A model generated the notes under the pieces. The model searched no databases. It saw nothing but the letters and a program-made list of their open reading frames with translations, and was not told the origin of the DNA. DNA of 64,000 nt from Octopus sinensis (taxonomy: Eukaryota): positions 16,306,001 through 16,370,000 of the forward strand of contig NC_043016.1 of assembly GCF_006345805.1 (NCBI RefSeq). Direction: 5' to 3'. The position numbers and the translations under genes are program-made. Position 1 is the stretch's first letter. Every line of letters begins with the position of its first letter. Positions 24,201 through 35,923 of the stretch are shown piece by piece.

Positions 24201-26640
24201 TTATTGAACTGATAGTGTACTGCATAGGATGTGGGCTGTTCCTAGCAGGGCTATTTTTTGGAGAGTGTATAGTATTGAAGTTCCAGGTCTAGCTTCTACG
24301 TTTTTGTTCATGTTTCTTTTCATACCCAATGCTCCAGTTATAACTGATATTGTCTTCACCTTCATGCTTCACATCATGAACACTTCAATTTCGAGGTCTT
24401 TCTACTTTGACAATTGATTCACTTCTTTTAGGGGTAATATTTTGGTCAGAAGGAATTGCAATGTCTATCAGTAAGCAGGTGTTTTTTTTCAATCCTTGAT
24501 TATCATGTCTAGGTGATTAGCTTTTATTTCTTTGCAGGTTTAACCAGGCATATCCCAAACAATTGGCCGTTGTCTTGTACTTTGTTTGACACATGTTTAT
24601 ACCGTTTATTGTTTGTTTTTATGTGGTAATGTTGGCATATTGCCCAGTGGATATAACTGCTTACTCGGTCGTGTCTGGATATATATATATTCAAATTTGA
24701 CAAGGACTGGATCGTCAGAGACGATGTGCTCAACTGTCTCATTGTGCTGGTTGCACATTCTGCATTTGGTGTTAGAACCTGTTTTCATTATTTTGCTTTT
24801 ATAGTTGTAAGTAATCAAATGTTGGTCTTGTGCAGCGAGAATCACTCCTTCTGTTTCAGCTTTTAGTCCAGAGCTTTTGAACAGTTGTTGGCTTTTACTT
24901 AGGCTCACATTTTCTTTGTCAAGCCTTGCAGGGTATTGGCCATGGAGTGATTTTACAGTGTTTTGTTGCTCTTTCTCTTTGTACGATTTTTTGTCTCTTT
25001 GACAATTTCTGCTATGTTCTCATCTGAGATCAGTGTATCAGTGTAGTTAGTTTCTGTTTTATATTTTGCTGCCTCCTTGTGTACAGAGGAAAGTGTTTTC
25101 TTTTTCTCGTGTTACTTTACTACATGCAGTAGTCTTCCACTCTTTGTTTCTATGTACTTTGCTAGTCCAACTGTTGTTATTTTATAGTAGTTTTCTATCT
25201 GTATCAGGCCACGGTCTCCTTCTGAGCGTAATATGTTCTGTCTACGTCTGCTTTGGGCTGGTGACTTCGGTACGCTGTTAATAGGTCTCTTGTTTTTCTT
25301 TCTCAATTCACTGACCTTCCCGTTTATTATGTTTTGGCTGTAATTTATGACTGTTCTGGCTATTGTTGTATTTTTAGCATAAGTTTAGTGTTTAATATTA
25401 GTCTAACTCTTCTTAATCTTCTCTTTCATCTCTGTGTGTTGTATTTTAGCTGTTTCTTCTATTCCTGTATATTTGTATGGGCGATTGTGGTCCAATTCTC
25501 TAATTTCTGTGCCTATGTTAAGTGCAGTGTTTCCACTGCTGAATAACTTGCCTCTTCTCAGTGTGACTTTGGCAAATTTGTCCAGCTCAATTCTCTTTCT
25601 GATGTCATTGCTGAAGCTCTGCACAATTTTAATTAAGTTTCTCTATTTTATGGTGCTTCTAGCGAAAAGTTTTAGGTCATCCATGTATAGGAGATGGTTT
25701 ATTTTTTGTTCATAGCACCTATAACCCATGGTCGTTTCATTTAACAAGTTTGTTAGTGGGGTCAGGGAAAGGCAGAACAGCAGGAGTGACAATGAGTCTC
25801 TTTTGGGAATAGGGTAGGTTTTAATAACTTGTGAGTCATTTTTAAATGATCTCTTGGCTTGTGATGGTAGGCCATATCTATTGTTTTATTTTGTTCTTCC
25901 TTTCCTTTTCCGTACTAATCCACTGAACATTTTTCTTGTGTTTTTCTTTTTGGTTTGCTCCATATTGCTTCCCAGAATGACTGAATCGCTGATGTTGTTG
26001 GCATGGCGTCTATTGATATGATCTTTCTGTTTAGCTTTTATGCGGCAAATTTTGCTGCTATACCCTGTTTAATTTTCCCCTTTAACTCCCGGGTATCTTC
26101 TTTATTTTTCATGTTGTATTGTTTTGTTATGTGGGTCTTTTTTTATTTTTCGTATTTGATCCTGCTTTCTCTAGTTCACAAAGTAGAGATAAGTCTTTCA
26201 TTTGTTTTCGAATTTTATTTATTATGATCTGTTTCCATTTTGTGGTTTGACATTTGACTGGGATTTTTTTATCTTCGTAAGGGTCAAGTCCAGTTTCCCC
26301 AGATACCATTACAGCTGTCGAGAGGATCAAGTCATTTAGTTTGTTGATATCTACTGTGTATTTTGATATGGTCACTATTACCTGTGACGCTCTATTGAAT
26401 CTCCTTTATTTTTTCTGTAGCCTGGGGACACGTTTACGCTGGTCCATATTTATCGACTGTCTGATGTTTAGGTCTTCTTCTAATTTTGTTATTTCTTCAG
26501 TCGATTCGTCTCCGACCTCCGTTTTATCTGGTCAGTTATGGTGTGTGTTATTTTGTTTGTTGTTGTTGTGTGCTTCAGTATTTTCCTATCTATATGTGAT
26601 GATTGCTGTACTGTTCTATTTATTTCTGGGTAGAGTATAA
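24201..26640 (-). mobile_element. R4/Dong-like retrotransposon, heavily degenerate; 3' UTR probably continues at ~22880-22956 beyond the mariner
   Basis: LQKIALLGTAHILCSTLSVQ* ends at the mariner. ORF 24606-24908 has KSSGLKAETEGVILAAQDQ and CRMCNQHNETVEHIVS. RT remnants at 25300-25870. N-terminal remnant at 26127-26375. Confidence 0.8.
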
Positions 26641-26711
26641 ATTTTACTTTGGTTTAGCCATTTATTTACCGTGTGCAGTGTTATATCAGTTGTGTTATTA
26701 TTATTATCATT

Positions 26712-27060
26712 ATAGACGTCGCACAGTATACAGTATCGTGAGATATTGTGCCTACCAGAGGTTTGTACTGGTTGTCAAGTCACAACAGACAGTACTTTAC
26801 GCAATATACGTGCAATTCCAAGTAATGCTGACTTTTGCAATACACCTAGTTTGTAGGGTATTTCTAAAGTTTTCAGATGTTTTTTTTTAGATTGGGTGGT
26901 ATTGAAACCAATACTCCGATGAAAATAGGAGTTCAATATGGCGGACTAGAGCAACAGCTCATATGTTGATGGCAGTCACAAGGCTCCGTAGTTGAGTTTT
27001 GATTTCAAGAGAAGTTTGAGGCACTTGAAATATGCAGTGATGGCTTTCTCTTTCATTTCT
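26712..27060 (-). mobile_element. R4/Dong-like 3' fragment (family D)
   Basis: 3' region (LQKSALLGIARILR, gacttgacaacc, ctcacgatactgtatactgtgcgacgtcta) matches 42420-42575. Confidence 0.8.
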
Positions 27061-27096
27061 TTAATAATAATGATAATAATAATAATAATAATAATA

Positions 27097-27140
<44 letters not shown>

Positions 27141-27169
27141 TAATAATAATAATAATAATAATAATGATA

Positions 27170-27230
<61 letters not shown>

Positions 27231-27268
27231 TATTATTATTATTATATTATTGATTATTATTATTAGAT
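27061..27268. repeat. (AAT)n switching to (ATT)n (self-complementary microsatellite)
   Basis: Polarity switch at ~27170. Confidence 0.9.
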
Positions 27269-27821
27269 GAGTGAGAGAGCAGTGCATGCCACCAAAGTGA
27301 CACTGGGGTAAAATATACGAAGCCCAGTATACCCATCATGACTACCTGTCCGATGAGGGTTCACCAGGTACATGCATCACAACTGTATGTGTTTGACATA
27401 GTGGTCTCGTATTAAGATAAACAGCACATGACCTTGCAGGTGGGGTCCAGTTAGAATTTTCTTCCGGTTGAGTAGCCCATCCCGCTCAAACGGTCCCTGA
27501 ATAAGGGTTGTTTAAGGATGTTGAAAAAACCACCCATGTTCCAGAGGTGAACTATTCAAACCCCAAAGAATCCCTCTCAACACATGGCTATGATGCTCCC
27601 CCACTACTTCTGCTCGTGATCAGAGATGCACATATCGTCAGCCACAAAGGGACATGCTCAACTGGTTATGGTCAAACAACTGACAAGCAAATCTGTGGTA
27701 TTGAGCAGAATATTGCTGTAGCCCATTTATAGCAAGACAAAACAATGTACATGATAACACTTCCAATCAGTTAAGATCAGAAGCCATGAGAACCACTGCT
27801 TGGTACTGCATCAGGGCATTT
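27269..27821 (-). mobile_element. Element X copy 3 (full length)
   Basis: Same termini as copies 1 and 2. The 3' flank is (AAT)n and the 5' flank is (GAA)n on the sense strand. Confidence 0.9.
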
Positions 27822-27968
27822 CGTCTCTTCTCTTCTTCTTCTTCTTCTTCTTCTTCTTCTTCTTCTTCTTCTTCTTCTTCTTCTTCTTCTTTTATTTCTT
27901 CTTCTTCTTCTTCTTCTTCTTCTTCTTCTCTCTCTTCTTCTTCTTTCTTTCCCCCCCTCGCCCTCCTT

Positions 27969-27999
<31 letters not shown>

Positions 28000-28066
28000 C
28001 CCTCCTCCTCCTCCTCCTCATCATCATCATTGTTGTTTGTTGTATTATTATTATTATTATTATTAT
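27822..28066. repeat. Compound trinucleotide microsatellite (CTT)-(CAT)-(CCT)-(ATT)
   Basis: Direct reading. Confidence 0.9.
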
Positions 28067-29302
28067 GCGATGAAAACTCACTTCTTATTTTACTGGGTTT
28101 GATGGAAAGTGTCTGCTGTCCACAGCCAGCAGACTAAACAGACACTTGTTTACTAGTCATACTTCAAGAACCCTGCGAAGAATTCTTGCAGTTCCAAGCA
28201 ATGCTGAATTTTGTAAGTGTTCTACCTTCACATTTGCACCGATCTTTTTCAGCCATGTTAGTAGTTCAGTGCTGATACTTCAAAGTGCACCAATTACTAT
28301 TCGTACCACGCCTACTCTCCTCATGGACCACGACCTTCGTATTTCCCACGACATAGTTGTTTTTGTTCTCTTCTTCTTTCACATTCATCCTGATGTCACC
28401 GGGGCAAGCTATATCGATTATCATACATGTTCTTTCTTTTTTATTCACCACAACAATGTCCGGCTTCCGATGTCTGGTCAGGTGATCACACTGGATCATT
28501 GCATCCCACAGGATTTTGTGAAAATTCTCATTTTCGGTGACTCCTTCTGGGGTTTGTTCATACAACGTCTTTGCTCTTTGTAGGCCGTGATTTCGACAGA
28601 GCTTCCAATGGATCATTCTTGCCACATTGTCATAGCGTCTTTTATATTCGCGTTGTGCCAATTTCGGGCATTCGCTAACGATGTGCCATACCGTTTCATC
28701 CTCTCACCACACATTCCGCATTTGTCGCTATCGGTAGTAGGAGTGGCGATATGGTAAGTAGTTTTCTTACTAAACACATGGTTCCGGGTTCAGTCCGACT
28801 GCGTGGCACCTTGGGCAAGTGTCTTCTACTATAGCCTCGGGCTGACCAAAGCCTTGTGAGTGGATTTGGTAGACGGAAACTGAAAGAAGCCCGTCGTATA
28901 TATGTATATATTTGTGTGTGTGTGTGTGTATGTTTGTGTATCTGTGTTTGTCCCCCAACATCACTTGACAACCGATGCTGGTGTGTTTACGTCCCCGTAA
29001 CTTAGCGGTGCGGCAAAAGAGACCGATAGAATAAGTACTAGACTTACAAACAATAAGTCCCGGGGTCGAGTTGCTCAACTAAAGGCGGTGCTCCAGCATG
29101 GCTGCAGTCAAATGACTGAAACAAGTAAAAGAGTAAAGGAGGTAGTGTTGACTATTCTGCACTTCCTGTAATTGGTGCTTAACGCCTGTTCCTGGGCTGC
29201 GCATGTGTGTGCTTCTGTCTTTATATTCAGGTCACTCCTTCTCATCCATAGCCACTGGTCCTCTCTATCTGTTCACAACTCTTTCAAACTGACCGTACAT
29301 GT
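28067..29302 (-). mobile_element. R4/Dong-like 3' portion (family B) split by a SINE
   Basis: ORF 28266-28661 (EYKRRYD, ILWDAMIQCDH..RKPDIVV..IIDIACPGD). Knuckle CGMCGE..HIVSEC near 28700. Continuation LWMRRSDLNIKTEAHTCAAQEQAL at 29147-29300. Confidence 0.85.
28739..29140 (+). mobile_element. tRNA-SINE type 1, full length, with 6-bp target site duplication
   Basis: Head aggagtggcgatatggtaag, B-box-like gggttcagtcc, internal (TA)/(TG), tail ctccagcatggctgcagtcaaatgactgaaacaagtaaaag. GGTAGT at 28733-28738 and 29141-29146. Confidence 0.9.
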
Positions 29303-29419
29303 ACTCCTCCTCCTCCTCCTCCTCCTCCTCCTCCTCCTATTCTTCTTCTTCTTCTTCTTCTTCTTCTTCTTCTTCTTTTTCTTCTTCTTCTTCTTCTTCT
29401 TCTTCTTCTTCTTCTTCTT

Positions 29420-30618
29420 CAGTAGTTATATTTTTAAAGCGTGTTTTTACTTCACTACCGAGCGCAGCTCTGTGTGCCTTGGGTATGTGCTGTGGTTTGC
29501 TGTGATGCTCTTATGGTTACCGTATTGAAGTGTTTTGCGTAGGATGTGTGCAGTGCCCAGTAGTGCAATTTTCTGTATGTTATATGTGTTTGTAAGTCCT
29601 GGTGTTTTGGTTATGTATTTGTCTGAATATTTTTTATCATTCCTAATGCGCCCTCTATGATAGGGATTGTTTCTGTTTTCAGATTCCACATTCGAGTTAC
29701 CTCTATTTCCAGGTCTTTGTATTTTGAAAGTTTCTCCATTTCTTTTAGAGAAACGTTGTCATCTGCTGGTATTGATACATCAATTAGAAAGCATTTTTTT
29801 CTTCATGATCTCTGACGACTATATCTGGTCTGTTGGCCTTAATTTCTCTATCTGTGTGTATCGGCATATCCCATAGTATGGTTGTTTTTTCGTTTTCTGT
29901 GACCTTTTCTGGTGTGTGCCTATACCATCTTTTTTCTGTTGTTATTCCATAATGTTGGCATAGCTTCCAATGTATGTAGGTTCCAACTCTGTCATGTCTG
30001 TGAATATATTCCTTCTTAGCCAGGACTGGGCAGATAGAGATAATATGATTTATTGTTTCTTGTCCATCTCCACATATTCTGCAGTTACTTGTAATATTTC
30101 TTTTCATTACATGTTTTTGGTAATTTCTGGTAGGGAGGCTTTGGTCTTGTGCTGCAATTAAAAATCCCTCTGTTTCTGCTTTGAGTCCTGAGCTTCTCAA
30201 CCATTGCTGGGATTTTTCTTTGTCTATTTCTTTTGCGTTTAGTTTAGTCCAGTATTTACCATGAAGGGGCTTTTCTTGCCATCGTTTTATCATGGTTCGT
30301 TGCTGTTCTATTTTTAGTTTGGATTTCATAGCTTTTGTTGTTTCTTCTTCTTCTTCTTCTTCTTCTTCTTCTTCTTCTTCTTCTTCTTCTTCTTCTTCTT
30401 CTTCTTCTTCTTCTTCTTCTTCTTCTTCTTCTTCTTCTTCTCTTCTTCTTCTCTTTTTCTTCTTCTCTTCTTCTTCTCTTCTTCTTCTTCTTCTTCTTCT
30501 TCTTCTTCTTCTTCTTTCTTCTTCTTCTTCTTCTTCATGTTTATTAGGTGGTATGATTTCTTGTTTGTATTTGTCAGCTTCCTTAAATACTGAGAACAGT
30601 TTTTTGCTTTGCTTGTGT
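29420..30618 (-). mobile_element. R4/Dong-like family A, 5'-truncated, with expanded internal (GAA)n at 30342-30536
   Basis: ORF 29784-30329 (WLRSSGLKAETEGFLIAAQDQ, CRICGDGQETINHIISIC, ILWDMPIHTDREIKANRPDIVV). 3' UTR as at 18445-18540. The 3' flank is (GAA)/(GAG)n and the 5' flank is (AAT)n. Confidence 0.92.
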
Positions 30619-30642
30619 TTATTATTATTATTATTATTATTA

Positions 30643-30688
<46 letters not shown>

Positions 30689-30726
30689 TATTATTATTAT
30701 TATATTACTATTATTATTATTATTAC

Positions 30727-30773
<47 letters not shown>

Positions 30774-30798
30774 TATTATTATTATTATTAGTATTATT

Positions 30799-31082
30799 GA
30801 GTGAGAAAGCATGCATGCCATCAAGGTGACACTGGGGTAAAATATACGAAGCCCAGTATACCCATCACGACTACCCGTCTGGTAAGGGTACACTAGGACC
30901 ATGTATCACTAACATATGTGCGCGACATGATGATCTCATATCAAGATAAACAGCACAAAATCTTGTAGGTGGGGCTCAGTTAGAATTTTCTTCTGATCGA
31001 GTAGCCCATCCCGCTCAAAAGGTCCCTGAATAAGGGTTGTTTAAGAATGTTGAACGAAACACCCATGTTTCCAGAGGTGAAT
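30799..31082 (-). mobile_element. Element X copy 4 (5'-truncated)
   Basis: Retains the shared 3' end next to (ATT)n 30619-30798 and stops after ~285 bp. Confidence 0.85.
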
Positions 31083-31084
31083 TA

Positions 31085-31250
31085 CTATAGTTTCACAATT
31101 ATTACTATAATTATATTATTACTTTAAGACCGAGGGGTCTTGGTATTGTCTCCCCTGATTTTTTTAGACGACAAATGATGGCAGATTTATGACCGTTGGT
31201 TTAGCTGGTGCTGGTGCTGCGGTGTTAGTTCTTAATTACCAGTTGTTCTT
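31085..31250. repeat. Unclassified interspersed repeat, second copy at ~47557-47720
   Basis: actatagtttcacaattattactataattatattattact.taag.ccgaggggt...ctcccctgattt...gttggtttagctg is shared by both loci. Confidence 0.7.
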
Positions 31251-31254
31251 TATT

Positions 31255-31665
31255 TGAAAGCAGGCAATAACAAATCACTAAACTTTTCAAGTAGTGCCCT
31301 CTCCTGTGACCCAAAGAGACAACACTACTCCCCTTAGAATGCGAGCTGTACCCAACAATATTGTCTTCTGGATCACTTAGAGCCTGACAGTAACTCCAAT
31401 ATTCTTAATATGTTTTTCAAAGTCCTTGGAAACTGCTCCTAATGCTCCAATTACCACCGGTATCACCATTACTTTCCTCTTGGCCCATAACTTTTCTATC
31501 TCGTCCCGCAGTGGATGGTATTTCTCAATCTTTTCTGTTTCCTTACATTTCACCCTCGAATCGCCAGATATTGCAACATCTATTATATTTGCTTCTTCTT
31601 CATCTTTATGGATGATCACGATATCTAACCGTCTCGCCTCTATCACTAACAATATGGCTTATACT
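31255..31665 (-). mobile_element. R4/Dong-like 3' fragment (family I)
   Basis: ORF 31377-31652 (RRLDIVII..IIDVAISGD..EKIEKYHPL..VIPVVIGALG), then IQKTILLGTARIL. Confidence 0.85.
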
Positions 31666-31841
<176 letters not shown>

Positions 31842-32436
31842 GGAATATATTCACAGAAACGATATAGTTGGGACCTACACACACTGGAAGCTATGCCAAC
31901 ACTATGGAATAACAACAGAAAAAAGATGGTATAGGCACACGCCAGAAAAGGTCACAGAAAACGAGAAAGCAACCATACTATGGGATATGCCGATACACAC
32001 AGAGAAAAATCAAGGCCAATGGGCTGGATATAGTTGTTAGAGATCACCAAGGAAAAAAATGCTTTCTAATTGATGTATCAATACCAGCAGATGACAACGT
32101 TTGTCTAAAAAAAAATGGAGAAACTTTCAAAATACAAAGACCTGGAAATAGAGGTAACTAGAATGTGGAATCTAAAAACAGAAACAGTTCCTATCATAGA
32201 GGGCGCATTAGGAATGATAAAAAAATATTCAGACAAATACATAACAAAAACACCAGGACTTACAAACACATATAACGTACAGAAAATAGCACTACTAGGC
32301 ACTGCACACATCCTACACAAAACACTTTCAATACAGTAACCATCAGAGCATCACAGCAAACCACAGCACATACCTAAGGCACACAGAATTGTGATTGGTA
32401 ATGAAGTGAAAGCACGTGATAAAAAATAAGACTACT
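31842..32436 (+). mobile_element. R4/Dong-like family A 3' fragment
   Basis: KEYIHRND..ILWDMPIHT, then ORF 32115-32339 (EKLSKYKDLEIE..QKIALLGTAHIL). Family A 3' UTR. GAA-type repeats on both sides. Confidence 0.9.
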
Positions 32437-32499
32437 AAAGAAGGAGAAGAAGAAGTAGAAGAACAACAACCACAACAACAACAAAAACAACATTACTAC

Positions 32500-33720
32500 C
32501 ATCATCCTGTAACGTCCATTTTCCATACTGGCATGGGTTGGATGGTTTGACCAGAGCTGGCAAGCAGGAGAGCTGCACCGGGTTCTAGTTTGTTTTGGCA
32601 TGGTTTCTATAGCTGGATGCCCTTACTAACACCAACCACTTTACAGAGTGTGCAGGGTACTTTTAACGTGGTACTTGGACGAGCACTTTAACGTGGTGCC
32701 GGCACAAATGTTTTTTACTTGGCACCGGCACAAGGGTCGTGGAGGCCAATCCTCTATCAGAAGGAGCGGCATTAACACTTACTCGAGGACAGCAAGGTGC
32801 AAATATCTCGGTCATTTGTCATCTCTTCTACAAGGTTAAGTGCCCTGAGGTCGTTCCTCAGTACTTCGTCCCATGTCTTCTTTCGTCTCACTCTTCCACA
32901 AGTTTCATCCACTTTAAATGGTACTTCTTTATGGAGCGGTTGACATTTATCGGATCACATGACAAAACCAACGCAGCCTCCTCTCTGGCAGACTGTATGT
33001 AATTCCTCTTATACCTAACTTCCCTCTCAAAACACTAGCACTCTGTCAAACATGTACACTTACATTGCACATCCAGTGGAGCATACTAGCTTCGTTCCTC
33101 ACTAGCCTTTGCATGTCTTCTGCATTCAGGGCCCATGTCTCACTACCATGGATCATTGCAGTTTGCATACATGCATCATATAATTTTCCTCTCTCTCTCA
33201 GAGAGAGAGAGAGAGAGAGAGACCGTTGGTCGCCAACAGACGTAAAAGCTTTCAGAATTTTCTTATTTCTATTCTTATTCTAACTATCACACTCTCCATA
33301 TATCCTCACCTACTACTAATTTGGTCCCCTAAGTACCAGAAATTGTATCCTAGCTCTAAAGAGCCTCTGGAGGAATTAAAGAAAATTTACCGAGTATCTG
33401 TAATTTTAGGGCTCCTGTGCATCTTCCACATATGAACACTACTTTCTCTGACAACCTTCCTAATATTCCACTGCACCTCTTGTGTGTCCATAACTTGAAC
33501 TGGGTACACTATATGGAGTTCCTACCTACACCTTTCCTACAAATCGTGGCGGGATGGATTCTGTGTTTTCTTGCTTACTAAAATCTTAGTCTTTGGTAAA
33601 TTAACCTCAAAGCCCTTAGATTCCAGGTTTTGCTTCCACGCCTGGAATTTCTTTTCTACTCTGATATAGAATCTCTTATGAAGGCAAGATCATCTACATA
33701 CAGAAGTTCCCAGGGGCTGC
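32500..33720 (-). mobile_element. RTE-superfamily LINE 3' part (RTE/RTEX-like), 5'-truncated at (TG)n
   Basis: The minus strand reads ELLYVDDL, ESKGFEVNLPKTKIL, CRKGVGRNSI.CTQ.KLWTHKRCSG..ICGRC, GKLYDACMQTAMIHGSETWAL, RRLRWFCHV, RKKTWDEV. Confidence 0.8.
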
Positions 33721-33739
33721 TAGTCTTGTGTGTGAGTGT

Positions 33740-33793
<54 letters not shown>

Positions 33794-33849
33794 TCTTTTA
33801 TTCTTTTCTTTTCTTCATTTTAGCCATGCGGTCATGCTTGAGCACCACC

Positions 33850-35340
33850 GTAACTTTTTCACTTTTACATATGCTTCTTCTTCGGCTGATTTTTTCAGGG
33901 TGGTTGGAGTCACATCACCACTCCTGTATGTGCCTTTGCCCTTGTTGTTGGATCATTTGGTGTGTGAGGGAGTTTGACACCGCCGCTCTCATGTACTTCA
34001 TGTCAGACCGTTGGTTTGTCCGGTATTGTGAAGAGGAGGAAGTCTAGTTCCTTATTGAAGACATCTACTTCCACCTTATGCAAATTTCTTAATTTTTGTG
34101 GCAGGGCATTGAAGAGCTGTGGGCCCTTGAACCCTAGATTATTGCAGTACCTGGTCCTGAATTTAGATGGAGTGGAGGGTACCTTTGTTGCAATACAATG
34201 GTGGCCAGTTCTGGCATTTGTATAACACTCAATGCCAAAGTTAGGTACTATCCCTTCTAGGATTTTCCATCTGTATACTATTGCATATCTCTCATGCCTT
34301 CACTCCAGGGAATAAGGTTGTAGTTTTCTCAGACTATCCCTGTAGCTCATCCGCTGCACTGTTTTAGTGTAGTAATGCTGGACCACTTCAAGCTCTTCTG
34401 TTGGTTTGTCACTAAGTGGTGACCATAGCTGAGAGTGGCAGTCCAGGCGGCTGAGAACAAAGGTCCTCTACGGAGTCAACATAACTTTTCTTGGTCTCTT
34501 GTTTTGAAGGACCTCAGTATCCATCCTGCCAGTTGCCTGCACCTTGCTGCCATCTTGCTTATGTGCATATGAAATGATGCATCATTGCACATACTGATTC
34601 CCAAGTCTCTCACTGCCTAAAACCCTGGGGTTGTAGTGCCTTCGGGCCCTGGAAATTTTCCAGCATTAACCTGCATGCTATTTACTTCAGTCTACTTGTA
34701 TATTGCATTAAGCATTCTATATTAACAGTGATAATTTTATATCCTCGACGTAGCTAGTGACAGTGGCTACCTGAGTGACCATGGGCATGTATAAGAGGAC
34801 TGTTATAAACAGCAATGACCTCAAGACAGCTCCCTAGGGGAAGCCACTCCGAATTTGAGCTTTCTGAAAGAGGACACCACTGGCTGCAATTGCCTGACTT
34901 CTGTCTTTAAGGAAGTCATGCAACAACTCATATTTTAACAGCTATGCCAAGGTCTCGCGGCTGGTGAAATATCATGTCAAGATCTACCTTATCAACAAAC
35001 CTTTGCAAAGTCAAGGTATATCACACTGACATGCGAATGGTGAAGTAACTGTTTCAAAACCCAGTCATTGTGCTGTAGGAACTGTGTGAGACAGCTTCTT
35101 GGACAAAAGCCATGCTGTGTATTATTCCATTAAGAACATTATCAGTTTCTTTTTGATGATTCATTCCATGACTTTACTGATATGTGAAGTCAGAAAGATT
35201 GGTCTGTAGTTTTTGGTCTCTGTTTTACTCATACTCTTGTGGACATGGTATATAATGCCTCCTTTTAGCTTTTTAGGAAGTTAACCACTTGCAAGGAAAC
35301 TCTGGAAAAGTCTCTGAAGTGGTTTCCCTAAAGCCTGCGT
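33850..35340 (-). mobile_element. CR1-clade LINE remnant (RT and C-terminus), degenerate
   Basis: The minus strand reads NYRPIFLTSHISKVME, QHGF..RSCLTQFL, IYLDFAKV, RSGFP.GAVLRSLLF, SYVEDIK, VRDLGI and FKGPQLFNALP. Confidence 0.8.
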
Positions 35341-35369
35341 ACGTGACTTCAGGAGAATAGCTCAGAAGC

Positions 35370-35723
35370 CATTATCACACAAGTACTTGGTTTAAATGTC
35401 TGCTGTGCATGACTGTGGCTTCGAACTGGTTGATCAGCTTCTGTATTCCCCTGATTTAGCCCATTATGGCTATCATCTGTTCCGTGACATGAAAAAACAC
35501 TTGGCTGGGAAGTAGTATTACAGTGATAATGATGTCTTATCCATTGTTGATGACTTTTTTGAGCGACAGGATGAAAGCTTCTTCACCAATGGGACGCAAG
35601 CACTGCAACACCCATGGAAAAAGTCTGTGAACTACAAGGGGGACTATGTTGAAAAATAAACCTCATTTGGTCACATTCCATGAAAGCATCTTAGTCACCG
35701 TGTGTACTTTCCAGCCAACCCTC
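35370..35723 (+). mobile_element. Mariner 3' fragment with right end
   Basis: [40 protein letters not shown]. Ends actttccagccaaccctc followed by (TA)n. Confidence 0.8.
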
Positions 35724-35728
35724 ATATA

Positions 35729-35774
<46 letters not shown>

Positions 35775-35835
35775 ATACATTCATACATACATACATACAT
35801 ACATACATACATACATACATACATACATACATACA

Positions 35836-35867
<32 letters not shown>

Positions 35868-35923
35868 CACATATATATGTGTATATTTTATATATATGTA
35901 TGTATGTATGTATATATATATAT
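35724..35923. repeat. (TA)n/(TACA)n microsatellite
   Basis: Direct reading. Confidence 0.9.
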
